Source of the DNA: Gemmatimonadales bacterium
GTDB taxonomy: Bacteria; Gemmatimonadota; Gemmatimonadetes; Gemmatimonadales; GWC2-71-9
Length of the DNA: 64,000 nt
Assembly: GCA_037189525.1 (NCBI GenBank)
Contig: JBBCJC010000001.1
Location: 640,001 to 704,000, forward strand
Direction of reading: 5' to 3'
This document shows positions 17,043 through 26,969 of this stretch, piece after piece. The position numbers and the translations under genes are program-made. Position 1 is the stretch's first letter. Every line of letters begins with the position of its first letter. Under the pieces are notes generated by a model. That model ran no database searches and was not told where the DNA came from. It was given only the letters and a program-made list of their open reading frames with translations.

Positions 17043-19515
17043 CTCGATCCGTCGATACTCCGTCCTGGCCGCCCTGCTCGCCGCGACAGCCTGCAGCGAA
17101 CATTCGGCGCCGTCCGAAGGCGCGTTTTCAGCCTCGCTTGCTCTGGCCCCGGTCATTGAAACCAGCGCCGCGCTGGCTCCGCTGCCGATCGACGGTGCCC
17201 GAGTTCGCGTCACACGCGCCACCAGGCCGAACGATGCCATCGTCGATACGCTGGTCGCATTTCCGGCCAATGCCCCGTCGGTGTCGCTGCAGCTGCGCAT
17301 CGAACTGGAAGCGCCAAGCGAACTGCTGGAGGTGACCATCACCCTGGTGGGCGGCGCCACCAGCTATTTCACGGGCTCCGATACCGTCACCGTCTCCTCC
17401 GGCCAGGGTGGTCCGACGGCAATGCCTCCGCTGACCCTGCGGTATGTCGGCCCCGGCGCCGATGTCACCACGCTGCGCATTGCCCCGCGCGACACCCTCG
17501 CTTCATTCGGCGACTCGGTCCGATTCCGCGCGACCGGCACGACGGCTTCAGGCACCGTCATCCCCAATCTGCCCATTACCTGGAGCACCAGCGACGCGGC
17601 CGTGGCCATGACGGATGCCGGCGCATTGCGAGCGCCGGCCCGCCGGGCCACGCTCAGAGTGCGGGGCGTCCTGCCCAACGGAGTTCGTGACTCCGTCAAC
17701 CTGACCTTCGTCGCGGTACCCTCGACCCTCACGGTCGTCTCCGGCGGCAATCAGACCGGCCGGCCGAACGCCCCGCTCCCCGTGCCGATCACCATCGAGG
17801 TCCGCGCGGCCGACGACCTTCCCCTTGCGGGGGTGCCGATCTTTTTCCGGTCCGTCTCCGGCGGTGGCGGGGTCGAAGTCGCGGAAATGCAGACCGACGA
17901 CGCGGGCCGCGCCTCGACCGACGTCTACCTCGGGCCGACGCTCGGTGAGCAACAATTCGAAGTCAGCGCGCCCGGCATCGCCCCGGTGACGATCACCGCC
18001 ACGGCCGCGTACGGCAGCCCGGCAACCCTGCTGCTGGTGTCCGGCGGCGATCAGCGCGGCAGCCCGGGAAGCACCCTGCCCGTCCCGCTCAGGGTGCGGG
18101 TCATTGATGCTGACGAACTACCCCTCCCCGATGTGACCGTCTCGTTCCGCGCACTCGCCGCGGGCGCTTCGGTTACCCCTGTCTCAGGCACCACGAACGA
18201 GGAGGGCGAAGCATCGACGACGGCGCAGCTTGGCTCGGGCCTCGGATCACAACAGTTCGAAATCAGCGTGGCCGGGCTCCCGGTGCTCCTCGTCTCCGCC
18301 ACGGCCGAAGTGGGTGTTGCGGCGGCGATTGCCTATAACGGCGGAGGAGCCCAGACCGCTATGGTCGGTACACCCTTTAGCGCGCCGCTCTCGGTTCGCG
18401 TCACCGATGAAGATGGTATCGGCGTTTCAGGCGTGACGGTGATGTGGCAGGTCGTGCACAGCAACGGGACGGTCGGATCGGCGACATCGGTCTCGGGAGC
18501 CACGGGCGTGGCCACCATGACGGCCAACGCCCCGACCCGGCAGGGGCTCGCGCTGTACCGGGCGTCGCTGCCTAACGTTTCGGAGGTCACCTTCGCCGGG
18601 TTCGGAACGGCGGGACCAGCGACACAGGTCGCAGTACATAACGGCGCCAACCAGTCGATCCACTTTCTCTCAGAAGATCTGGAAGTCCTGGTCACGGACA
18701 GTCACGGCAATCCGGTCCCGGAAGCGGTGGTCCAATGGACGGAACAGGTCGGAGGCAACGGAACCTTCACCCAGCTCAGTAGTCTGAGCGACACCCTTGG
18801 CATCGCGCGGACCTCGTTTCTCATCCAGTCCAGTCCGACTCTGACGTCCCGAATTCGGGCCACCATCGACAACGGCAGTTTTGCAGAGATGAATCTGCTG
18901 GTGGACTTTTTCACCGTGGCCCTCAGGGATCGCTCGGGTCCAGGCAGCCCGGTGCAGGCGGGTAGCGCACCGGTCGTCTTCACAACCCAGCTTGCGGACG
19001 TCTCCGAGATCGGACTCTCGGGCATTCCGACCACCTGGAGCGTGATCCGGGGCGGCGGCAGCCTGTCCCTGCCAAACACATTCACCAACACCGCGGGCAT
19101 TGCCTCGGGACAGTACGCACCGGGTCCGCTTGCCGGGCATCACGTGCTGCAAGCCGTCCATCAGGTCGGATCGGTCAGCATCCCGATGCGGTTTGCGTTC
19201 CGGGTCGTACCCGGCCAGGCCAATCGGGTCCTGCCGGTCGCCGGCGACCGGCAGACGGTTCCTCAGGGCGGCAGCTTGGCCGAGCCGCTACGGGCGCTGG
19301 TGGTCGATCAGTTCAACAATCCGATCGACGGTGTGACCGTGTCGTGGAGTCTGGTCGGCGGGGGGAACGTGGGCACTACGATCACTGGTAGCACCGGGAT
19401 CGCCTCCTTGGGCTTGAGCATCAACGGCCCGTCCGGAGCAAGGGAATACCGAGCTACCGTGTCCGGCGTCACGGCGCCGGCAACCTTCACGGTGTTCGTC
19501 CTGCCGCCGCCGTGA
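17035..19515 (+). CDS. Lipoprotein with tandem bacterial Ig-like (invasin/Big_1-like) repeats
   Basis: ATAC lipobox; repeated ~100-aa units VSGGNQ.G...P..V.V.D...P..GV.V.F/W...TD..G.A. Confidence 0.8.
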   Translation: MPDSIRRYSVLAALLAATACSEHSAPSEGAFSASLALAPVIETSAALAPLPIDGARVRVTRATRPNDAIVDTLVAFPANAPSVSLQLRIELEAPSELLEVTITLVGGATSYFTGSDTVTVSSGQGGPTAMPPLTLRYVGPGADVTTLRIAPRDTLASFGDSVRFRATGTTASGTVIPNLPITWSTSDAAVAMTDAGALRAPARRATLRVRGVLPNGVRDSVNLTFVAVPSTLTVVSGGNQTGRPNAPLPVPITIEVRAADDLPLAGVPIFFRSVSGGGGVEVAEMQTDDAGRASTDVYLGPTLGEQQFEVSAPGIAPVTITATAAYGSPATLLLVSGGDQRGSPGSTLPVPLRVRVIDADELPLPDVTVSFRALAAGASVTPVSGTTNEEGEASTTAQLGSGLGSQQFEISVAGLPVLLVSATAEVGVAAAIAYNGGGAQTAMVGTPFSAPLSVRVTDEDGIGVSGVTVMWQVVHSNGTVGSATSVSGATGVATMTANAPTRQGLALYRASLPNVSEVTFAGFGTAGPATQVAVHNGANQSIHFLSEDLEVLVTDSHGNPVPEAVVQWTEQVGGNGTFTQLSSLSDTLGIARTSFLIQSSPTLTSRIRATIDNGSFAEMNLLVDFFTVALRDRSGPGSPVQAGSAPVVFTTQLADVSEIGLSGIPTTWSVIRGGGSLSLPNTFTNTAGIASGQYAPGPLAGHHVLQAVHQVGSVSIPMRFAFRVVPGQANRVLPVAGDRQTVPQGGSLAEPLRALVVDQFNNPIDGVTVSWSLVGGGNVGTTITGSTGIASLGLSINGPSGAREYRATVSGVTAPATFTVFVLPPP

Positions 19516-20197
19516 GCACGTCGCGGAGGACACGCCAGACGTTCTCCGCCACGAGCTCCTGGCCGCGCGCCGTCGGGTGGATCCCGTCGGCCTGGTTGAG
19601 CGAATCGACTCCAGCCACCCCTTCGAGGAGAAACGGCACCAGCGCCGCCTGATTGCTGCGCGCCAGATCGGGATAGATCGCCCGAAACCGGCTGGTGTAG
19701 TCCGTGCCGAGGTTCGGCATGGCCTCCATCCCCGTCAGCATCAGCCGAGGCGGCGGCTCGAGCCCCCGCGCCCGATCGAAGATGGCCTGGATGTTGGCCT
19801 TGGTCGAATCGGGGTTCTGACCGCGCAAGCCGTCGTTGGCGCCGGTTTCCACCATCAGCACCGCCACGTTGCCTTCGCGGAGAATCCAGTCGATCCGCCG
19901 CAACGCCCCCGCCGACGTCTCGCCGCTCACACCCCGATTGACCGCCCGATAGCGCAGGCCGGCCGAATCCAGCTTGCGCTGGATCAGCGCGGGATACGCC
20001 AGCTTCGGGTCGGGCAACCCGTACCCGGCCGTGAGGCTGGTCCCGAGAAAGACGATGGCCGGGGTCGAATCCTCCACCACCGCCTCGGCGCTGACCGGAG
20101 GAGGCTGGGGCGGCGACGCAGGCTGTTCGGGCCTCGCCCCGCACCCGGTCAGCACCAGGGCCATCAGAATGAAACGCGACCCCGATCTGGCTATCAT
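19487..20197 (-). CDS. tesA: Arylesterase / acyl-CoA thioesterase I (SGNH/GDSL), lipoprotein
   Basis: GTSLTAGYG, GVSGETS, GANDGLRG, DGIHP; divergent from ybbA. Start uncertain. Confidence 0.88.
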   Translation of the reverse strand: MIARSGSRFILMALVLTGCGARPEQPASPPQPPPVSAEAVVEDSTPAIVFLGTSLTAGYGLPDPKLAYPALIQRKLDSAGLRYRAVNRGVSGETSAGALRRIDWILREGNVAVLMVETGANDGLRGQNPDSTKANIQAIFDRARGLEPPPRLMLTGMEAMPNLGTDYTSRFRAIYPDLARSNQAALVPFLLEGVAGVDSLNQADGIHPTARGQELVAENVWRVLRDVLTAAAGRTP

Positions 20198-20225
20198 TGG
20201 ACCCATGTCCAAGCCCTCGTCAGCT

Positions 20226-20900
20226 ATGCTTGAATGCGCCGGCCTCACCCAGACCTATCTGTCGGGCGGACGCCAGCTTACCGTGCTGAACAATATCACG
20301 TTCAGCCTCGAACACGGTGGCTTTCTCGCCATCGTCGGCCCTTCCGGCAGCGGCAAAACCACCCTGCTAGGCCTGCTGGCGGGGCTGGACCGGCCCAGCG
20401 CCGGCCGGATCATGCTGGATGGCCACGACCTGGGCGCCATGACGGAAGATCAGCGGGCCCAGCTCAGGGGCCAGAAGGTCGGCTTCGTCTTCCAGTCATT
20501 CCACCTGATTCCGACGCTGACGGCCCGCGAAAACGTCCAGGTGCCCCTGGAACTCCGCGGCGAGCCCGCGGCCGAGCGGGCTCAGGAACTCCTGACGCGG
20601 GTAGGCTTGGGCGACCGGGCGCACCACTATCCGACCCAGCTGTCCGGCGGTGAGCAGCAGCGCGTGGCCCTGGCCCGCGCCTTCGCATCCCGGCCCCAGA
20701 TTCTCTTTGCCGACGAACCGACCGGGAACCTCGACGCCAAGACCGGCGCGTCGATCGTCGACCTGATTCTCGAGCTCAACCGCGAGTGGGGCACCACCCT
20801 GGTCCTGGTGACCCACGACCGCGACCTCGCCGCCCGGGCCTGCCGTGTGATCCGCCTGACCGACGGTCATGTGGTCGAGGATACCGCGGCGGCCGCATGA
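20226..20900 (+). CDS. ybbA: ABC transporter ATP-binding protein (YbbA-like)
   Basis: GPSGSGKT, LSGGEQQR, FADEPTGNLD. Alternative start at 20205. Confidence 0.9.
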   Translation: MLECAGLTQTYLSGGRQLTVLNNITFSLEHGGFLAIVGPSGSGKTTLLGLLAGLDRPSAGRIMLDGHDLGAMTEDQRAQLRGQKVGFVFQSFHLIPTLTARENVQVPLELRGEPAAERAQELLTRVGLGDRAHHYPTQLSGGEQQRVALARAFASRPQILFADEPTGNLDAKTGASIVDLILELNREWGTTLVLVTHDRDLAARACRVIRLTDGHVVEDTAAAA

Positions 20901-23515
20901 ACCTGCCTTTCGTCTTCAAGCTTGCCTGGCGGGAAAGCCGGGCAGCGCGCCGGCGTCTGATCATGCTGGTAGCCTCGGTGGCTGCCGGCGTCGCGGCGCT
21001 GGTGGCCATCAACGGCTTTACCGAGAACCTGCGCACCTCGGTTGGTACGCAAGCCAAGGTCCTGCTCGGCGCCGATCTGGTGATTACCGGCCGGCGCGCC
21101 TTTACCGAACCGATCCAGCAGTTGGTCGACACCCTGGTCCGTGGCGACACCACCCGGTCCGATCGCGGCGCCTCGGCGCAAGTCACCAGCTTCGCAGCGA
21201 TGGCCTACGTCACGACCACCTCGGCGGTCCGTCTGGTCCAGGTCCGCGGAGTCGAGCCCGGCTATCCCTTCTATGGTGACATTCGGACGACCCCCTCGGA
21301 CCGCTGGTCGGCCTTGGGGCCCGGACGAGCCGTCGTCGACCCCGCCCTGCTCACCGCGCTCAACGCCGAGTTGGGCGATACGCTGGCCATCGGCGAGGGC
21401 CGATTCGTGATCGATGCGACGGTCGCCAATATCCCCGGCGATGTCGGCGTGGCAACCGCCTTCGGGCCGAGAGTGTTCCTGACAGCCTCGGACCTGGCCA
21501 CGACCGGCCTGCTCCAGTTCGGGTCGCGGGTCGAATACGAATGGTTCGTCAAGCTGCCCAGCGCCACCGAATCACGGGCCGAACAGCTGGCGGCCGAGCG
21601 ACGCCAGGACCTGCGCACCTTACGTTATCGGATCCGGAGCGTCGACGAAGATCGCGAAGATCTCGCCGACACGCTGACTCGGCTGGGTAACTATCTCGGC
21701 CTCGTCGCCCTGGTGGCTCTCCTGCTGGGCGGCCTGGGCGTCGCGAGCGCAACCCATCTCTTCATCCGCCGCAAACTCGACACCATCGCGATCCTCCGCT
21801 GCCTGGGCGCGACCTCCGGCCAGGTCTTCCTGGCTTATCTGGTCCAGGCGCTCGCGATGGGCTTGCTGGGCAGCCTGTTGGGCGCGGCCCTGGGCGTCGG
21901 GATCCAGCAGTTCCTGCCCTACTTGTTTCTCGACCTGCTGCCGGTCGACGTGACCATTGCCGTTGCCCCGGCGGCCGTGGCCATTGGAGTCGGCCTTGGC
22001 GTCTGGGTGGCTCTGGTCTTTGCACTGCTGCCGCTGCTCGGCGTGCGCCGCGTCTCTCCGCTGGTGACACTGCGGCGCGGCGAAGAAGCCGCCGATCAGC
22101 GCAAAGATCCGCTGGCCTGGGTCGCGTTCCTGCTGCTGGCGGCGAGCGTCTATGGCCTGGCCGCGGTGCAGGTGCGCGACGCGCGCGAGGGCGCCTATTT
22201 CGCAGCTGGCGTGGGCGTGGTCGTCCTGGTGCTCTGGCTGGCGTCGATCGGGCTGATCAAGGCGCTCCGCCGCTGGTTCCCGTCCAGTTGGCCCTACCTC
22301 TGGCGACAGGGGCTCGCCAATCTCTATCGTCCGGCCAATCAGACCGGCACCGTCATCCTGGCGCTCGGGTTCGGCGCTTTCCTGCTCGCGACGCTCTTTC
22401 TGGTCCAGCACAATCTGCTGCGGGAATTCCGGGTCGGCGGCGGCTCGGGCGAACGGCCCAACGTGATGTTCTTCGACATGCAGCCCGATCAGGTCGCGGG
22501 CGTGATGGGGATCCTCGAGCAGGCGGAGATCGAGGGGAGCCCGCCGGTCCCGATCGTCGGGATGCGGGTCTACTCGATCCGGGGCCAGCGGGTGCTCCAG
22601 ACCGCAGCGCCCGTCGATTCGCTGGAACTCGACGGCCCCGATCAGGACGAGATCGACCAACCGGCGCCGAGCGACAGCGGCCCGCCGCGCGGCTGGGCGG
22701 TGCGGCGCGAATACCGCTCGACCTACCGCGACAGTATCACCGATTCCGAGCGGATCGTGGCAGGCTCCTGGTGGAGCGGACCCCGCGGCAACGGCCCGGC
22801 CCGGATTTCCCTCGATCGCGAAATCGCCGGCGACCTTCGGGTCCAAGTCGGCGACGAAATCGTCTGGGATGTCCAGGGCGTCCAGGTGCCGAGCGTCGTG
22901 ACCAATCTTCGCGAGGTCGACTGGGGCCGGTTCCAGACCAATTTTTATGTCGTGTTCGAAACGGGCATCCTCGACGACGCGCCGCAGATGCTGGTGACGC
23001 TGGCACGCATCGACAGCGCCGCGGTCCGTGGACGGTTGCAGCGGCAGATTGCGGAGCGATACTCCAACGTCGCCGCCATCGACCTGTCGCAAGTACAGGA
23101 AGTGATCGAGAGCGTCCTAGGCAAAGCCAGCCTGGCCGTCCGATTCCTGGCCCTCTTCAGCCTGGCCGCCGGGACCATCGTGCTGGTGGGCGCCGTGACG
23201 ACGGCGCGGCTGCAGCGGCTCCGCGAGGGAGTCCTGCTCAAAACCCTGGGCGCCACCCGTGCGCAGGTACTGCGAATTCTGATCGCCGAGTATGCAGCGC
23301 TGGGCATCATGGCGGCACTGGTGGCCATCGTGCTCTCGTCGGTGGCGGGTTGGGCGCTGGCCCGGTTCGTCTTCGAAGCCCGCTATGACCTGCCCATTGC
23401 GGCGCTGTCCGGCTTGACGGCACTGCTGGTCGGGCTCACGTTGCTGGTTGGTCTCTGGAGCAGTGCGGAGGTCCTCAAACGGCCCCCGCTCGCCATTCTT
23501 CGATCCGATACTTAG
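20897..23515 (+). CDS. ybbP: ABC transporter permease (YbbP-like)
   Basis: ATGA overlap with the ATPase; duplicated FtsX-type domains; LLGADL, YPFYG. Confidence 0.88.
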   Translation: MNLPFVFKLAWRESRAARRRLIMLVASVAAGVAALVAINGFTENLRTSVGTQAKVLLGADLVITGRRAFTEPIQQLVDTLVRGDTTRSDRGASAQVTSFAAMAYVTTTSAVRLVQVRGVEPGYPFYGDIRTTPSDRWSALGPGRAVVDPALLTALNAELGDTLAIGEGRFVIDATVANIPGDVGVATAFGPRVFLTASDLATTGLLQFGSRVEYEWFVKLPSATESRAEQLAAERRQDLRTLRYRIRSVDEDREDLADTLTRLGNYLGLVALVALLLGGLGVASATHLFIRRKLDTIAILRCLGATSGQVFLAYLVQALAMGLLGSLLGAALGVGIQQFLPYLFLDLLPVDVTIAVAPAAVAIGVGLGVWVALVFALLPLLGVRRVSPLVTLRRGEEAADQRKDPLAWVAFLLLAASVYGLAAVQVRDAREGAYFAAGVGVVVLVLWLASIGLIKALRRWFPSSWPYLWRQGLANLYRPANQTGTVILALGFGAFLLATLFLVQHNLLREFRVGGGSGERPNVMFFDMQPDQVAGVMGILEQAEIEGSPPVPIVGMRVYSIRGQRVLQTAAPVDSLELDGPDQDEIDQPAPSDSGPPRGWAVRREYRSTYRDSITDSERIVAGSWWSGPRGNGPARISLDREIAGDLRVQVGDEIVWDVQGVQVPSVVTNLREVDWGRFQTNFYVVFETGILDDAPQMLVTLARIDSAAVRGRLQRQIAERYSNVAAIDLSQVQEVIESVLGKASLAVRFLALFSLAAGTIVLVGAVTTARLQRLREGVLLKTLGATRAQVLRILIAEYAALGIMAALVAIVLSSVAGWALARFVFEARYDLPIAALSGLTALLVGLTLLVGLWSSAEVLKRPPLAILRSDT

Positions 23516-23530
23516 TTAGGAGCTTCTGGC

Positions 23531-24445
23531 ATGCTGGCCATCGATTTACGCGGCAAACGGGCATTCGTGGCCGGTGTGGCCGACGACGGCGGGTTCGGCT
23601 TCGCGATTGCCAAGGCCCTGGCCGAGGCCGGCGCCACGGTCTGTCTGGGAACCTGGCCGCCGGCCATGGGCATCTTCGAAAAGCTGCTCGAACGCGGCAA
23701 GATGGCCGACTCGATGCGGCTGTCCGACGGGTCGCCCCTCGAATTCGAACGGATCTACCCCCTCGATGCCGCCTATGACACCCTCGAGGACGCTCCGGCC
23801 GAGGTCCTGGACAACAAGCGGTACCGCGAGCGGGGAGACTTCTCGATCAAGGGCGTCGCGGATCGCCTGGCCGCCGATTTCGGGACTCCCTGTCTCGACA
23901 TCCTGGTCCACAGCCTGGCCAATGGCCCCGAAGTCCGCCAGCCGCTGCTCGACACCAGCCGGCGCGGGTACCTGGACGCCATCGGGGTCAGCGCCTACAG
24001 CAACATTTCCCTGATCCGGACCCTGGCTCCGCTGTTCCGGCCCCAGAGCTCGGCCATTTCGCTCACCTACATGGCAAGCGAGCGGGTCATCCCGGGCTAC
24101 GGCGGCGGCATGTCGTCGGCCAAAGCCGCCCTCGAATCGGATACCCGAACCCTGGCGTTCGAGGCCGGCCGGCGGATCGGCATCCGGATCAACACCATCT
24201 CGGCGGGGCCCTACGCTTCGCGCGCAGCAAGTGCCATCGGGCTGATCGAACGGATGATCCGCTACACCAAACAGCACAGCCCGCTGACCCGGACCTTCGA
24301 AGCAACCGACGTCGCCAACGCGGCCGCCTTTCTGGCCAGCCCGCTGGCCGTCGGGATTACGGGGACGGTGCTGTACGTCGACAACGGCTATCACGCCATG
24401 GGCATGGGCGTCGACGAATCCGTTCTGTCGGTGTCGTCCGAATGA
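23531..24445 (+). CDS. fabI: Enoyl-ACP reductase, chlamydial/plastid-like type
   Basis: AGVADDGGFG, VHSLANGPEV, PGYGGGMSSAKAALESD. Confidence 0.92.
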   Translation: MLAIDLRGKRAFVAGVADDGGFGFAIAKALAEAGATVCLGTWPPAMGIFEKLLERGKMADSMRLSDGSPLEFERIYPLDAAYDTLEDAPAEVLDNKRYRERGDFSIKGVADRLAADFGTPCLDILVHSLANGPEVRQPLLDTSRRGYLDAIGVSAYSNISLIRTLAPLFRPQSSAISLTYMASERVIPGYGGGMSSAKAALESDTRTLAFEAGRRIGIRINTISAGPYASRAASAIGLIERMIRYTKQHSPLTRTFEATDVANAAAFLASPLAVGITGTVLYVDNGYHAMGMGVDESVLSVSSE

Positions 24446-24825
24446 CGGCCCAGCGAATTGCCGCTCTGGCCGGTCTCCTCGGCGCCGCCGGTGTCGGACT
24501 CGGAGCGTTTGGTGCGCATGGCCTGGCCAAACGGGTGCCGGCTGCCGACCTGGCGATCTTCGAAACGGCCACGCGCTACCATCTGACGCACGCGGTGGCC
24601 CTCCTGGCGCTGGCCGCGTGGGCGGCGCACGCCCCATCGGCCCGGCTCGAGTGGGCGGCGTGGGCATTCACAGCCGGCATCGCGATCTTTTCGGGTAGTC
24701 TGTATCTGCTGGTGCTCACCAACACCCGTTGGCTCGGTGCGGTCACCCCGATCGGCGGCGTCGCATTGATTGCCGGGTGGCTCCTGATTGCTGCCCACGC
24801 CTTGGCGTCCGCCCGGCAGACATGA
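24442..24825 (+). CDS. DUF423 membrane protein
   Basis: GAFGAHGL, FSGSLY, GAVTPIGG. Confidence 0.9.
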   Translation: MTAQRIAALAGLLGAAGVGLGAFGAHGLAKRVPAADLAIFETATRYHLTHAVALLALAAWAAHAPSARLEWAAWAFTAGIAIFSGSLYLLVLTNTRWLGAVTPIGGVALIAGWLLIAAHALASARQT

Positions 24826-25463
24826 CATCGGGCCGCTACCTCCCGCTCCTCACCGAGCTGGATCGGTGGCAGGCCCAAGCCGCCAAGGATCATCCCGGGG
24901 TCATTCCCTGCCGCGCGGGCTGTACCGCCTGTTGTCACGGCCCGTTCGACATCTCGATTGCCGATGTGGCCCTGCTCGTCGACGCCGTCAGCCGCCTGTC
25001 GGTATCGACGCGGCAGGATGTTCTAACCCGGGCCCGCGCCCACGCCGACGCCGTCCGCGCGCTGGCGCCCGAATGGAACGCTCCCTACGACATCCGCGCC
25101 ATCGGCGACGATTGCTTCGACCAGTTGAGTGATGCGCTGGCGACGCTGCCCTGCCCGCTCCTCGACCAGGAGGGGCGCTGCACCATCTACGACGCCCGGC
25201 CTGCGGTCTGCCGCCTGATGGGACTCGCACTGATCAACGAACATGATGACGTGATCGACAACAGTTGCCCGATCCAGGACGACTTCCCGACCTATCGCGA
25301 CCTGGCACCGCAATTTTTTGCGCTCGATGCGTGGGAAGATTCAGAAGAGTCGTGTCGCGCCACCGCAGCCGTGCAACTTACTGCCGATGCCGACGCAGCC
25401 GGATATGAAACCACGATCGCGATGGCCCTGATGGCGTGGCCGACCGAGCCACGCCCCGCGTAA
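24822..25463 (+). CDS. YkgJ-family cysteine cluster protein
   Basis: CRAGCTACC, CPLL...CTIYDARPAVCR; ATGA overlap with the upstream gene. Confidence 0.88.
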   Translation: MTSGRYLPLLTELDRWQAQAAKDHPGVIPCRAGCTACCHGPFDISIADVALLVDAVSRLSVSTRQDVLTRARAHADAVRALAPEWNAPYDIRAIGDDCFDQLSDALATLPCPLLDQEGRCTIYDARPAVCRLMGLALINEHDDVIDNSCPIQDDFPTYRDLAPQFFALDAWEDSEESCRATAAVQLTADADAAGYETTIAMALMAWPTEPRPA

Positions 25464-25516
25464 GATCGATTTCCACGCCTTGCCGAGCGGTCCCGACTCC
25501 GCCAACTTTTTATAGT

Positions 25517-25981
25517 ATGAGTCCGCTCTCCGATTTGATCCATGGCCGAGGCGTTCACGTCGACCCCCTCAGGTGCGTCGAAGACCTCACGCGCGACCTC
25601 GCCGCGCAGACGGTTCCGGACCTGCCGCACACCATCTGGCAGATTCTTGGCCATATCAATTATTGGATCGACTGGGGCCTCAAGCGAATCGAAGGCGTCG
25701 AAACCGGACTCGAGAACGAGCAGGCGAGCTGGCCGACGATCGCCGGACTGGACGACGATCTTGCCTGGCAGCACGAGGTAGGATTCTTCAGTACCAATCT
25801 GGATCAGCTGGCCACGCTGGCCGATGCACGCGCCTCGACCTTGTCACGCATTCTGGATCGCACCACGGGCCAGACCGTGGAGGGCGTCCTCTGGGAACTG
25901 GTCCTGCATAACAGCTACCATCTGGGCCAGATCGTCCAGCTGCGCAGGCTGTTGCACGTCTGGCCGCCTCAGGGCCGCTGA
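25517..25981 (+). CDS. DinB family protein
   Basis: HTIWQILGH, HNSYHLGQI. Confidence 0.85.
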   Translation: MSPLSDLIHGRGVHVDPLRCVEDLTRDLAAQTVPDLPHTIWQILGHINYWIDWGLKRIEGVETGLENEQASWPTIAGLDDDLAWQHEVGFFSTNLDQLATLADARASTLSRILDRTTGQTVEGVLWELVLHNSYHLGQIVQLRRLLHVWPPQGR

Positions 25982-26002
25982 GACGACCGGGACTCCGAGT
26001 CG

Positions 26003-26965
26003 CTACCCTTCCCCGAGGGCGCGCACCGCAATATCGGGAAAGTCCGTAAACACGCCATCGACACCCAGTTCCGCAAACCGGCGTACTTCACGCGCTGGGT
26101 CGCCGCCGTACCCGGCCGGCAGAAACTCCGCATCGGCACGCAGGGTCCAGACATGCACGAATAGTCCGGCCCGATGCGCCTCGGCCACCAGCGTGGTGGG
26201 CGGGTCGAGTCGTCCGTCCGCACCAATCGGCTGCACCAGTTCCTTCGCCACCCCGATACCGTCGGCGTACTCGGCGACGGCCTTCAGACCCTCGGCCGTG
26301 ATGAGGTCGGCATACCTTCGACTGTCTCCCGACACCACGAAATCGGCCGGCCGGCCGCGAGGTTCGATCAGTTGCACCAGCCGGGCACGGGTCTGCCCGC
26401 GCGCGCGACGCAGATTGGCCGTCTCGAACGACTGGATGAATACCGGGTCTTCGCGCTCTCGATACCCGAACCGATCGAGCGTAGCAAGCAGCGATGCGGT
26501 AATCGGAAGGCCCAACGCCTCGTGGTGACTCGGGTGCTTGGTCTCGGGATAGATCCCGATCCGTCGGCCCAGCCGCTGTTCTTCTCCCTGAACGAAGCGA
26601 ATCACTTCGTCCAGGGTCGGCACCTCGTAGAGTCCGTCATAGTCGTGGGACCGGAAGCTGAGACGCTCGCGGGCGCGGAGCGTTTTGATCTCGGCGAGCG
26701 TGAAATCCTCGACGAACCAGCCGCTGAACTCGGCGCCATCGATGACCGCGGTGCGCCGTCGTTCCGGAAACTTGGCGGCCGCGTCGGTGGTCTGTCCGAT
26801 TTCGTTCTCGTGACGCACCACCAGGACGCCGTCACGCGTCATCACCAGATCCGGTTCGATGACGTCGGCGCCCTGGGCAATGGCCAATCGGTACGATTCG
26901 AGGGTGTGTTCGGGACGGTACCCCGATGCGCCGCGGTGCCCGATGACGATCGGTCCGGGCGCCAC
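26003..26965 (-). CDS. Glycerophosphodiester phosphodiesterase
   Basis: HRGASGYRPEHT, IEPDLV, ETKHP, FTDFPD. Confidence 0.92.
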   Translation of the reverse strand: MAPGPIVIGHRGASGYRPEHTLESYRLAIAQGADVIEPDLVMTRDGVLVVRHENEIGQTTDAAAKFPERRRTAVIDGAEFSGWFVEDFTLAEIKTLRARERLSFRSHDYDGLYEVPTLDEVIRFVQGEEQRLGRRIGIYPETKHPSHHEALGLPITASLLATLDRFGYREREDPVFIQSFETANLRRARGQTRARLVQLIEPRGRPADFVVSGDSRRYADLITAEGLKAVAEYADGIGVAKELVQPIGADGRLDPPTTLVAEAHRAGLFVHVWTLRADAEFLPAGYGGDPAREVRRFAELGVDGVFTDFPDIAVRALGEG

Positions 26966-26969
26966 GGGC

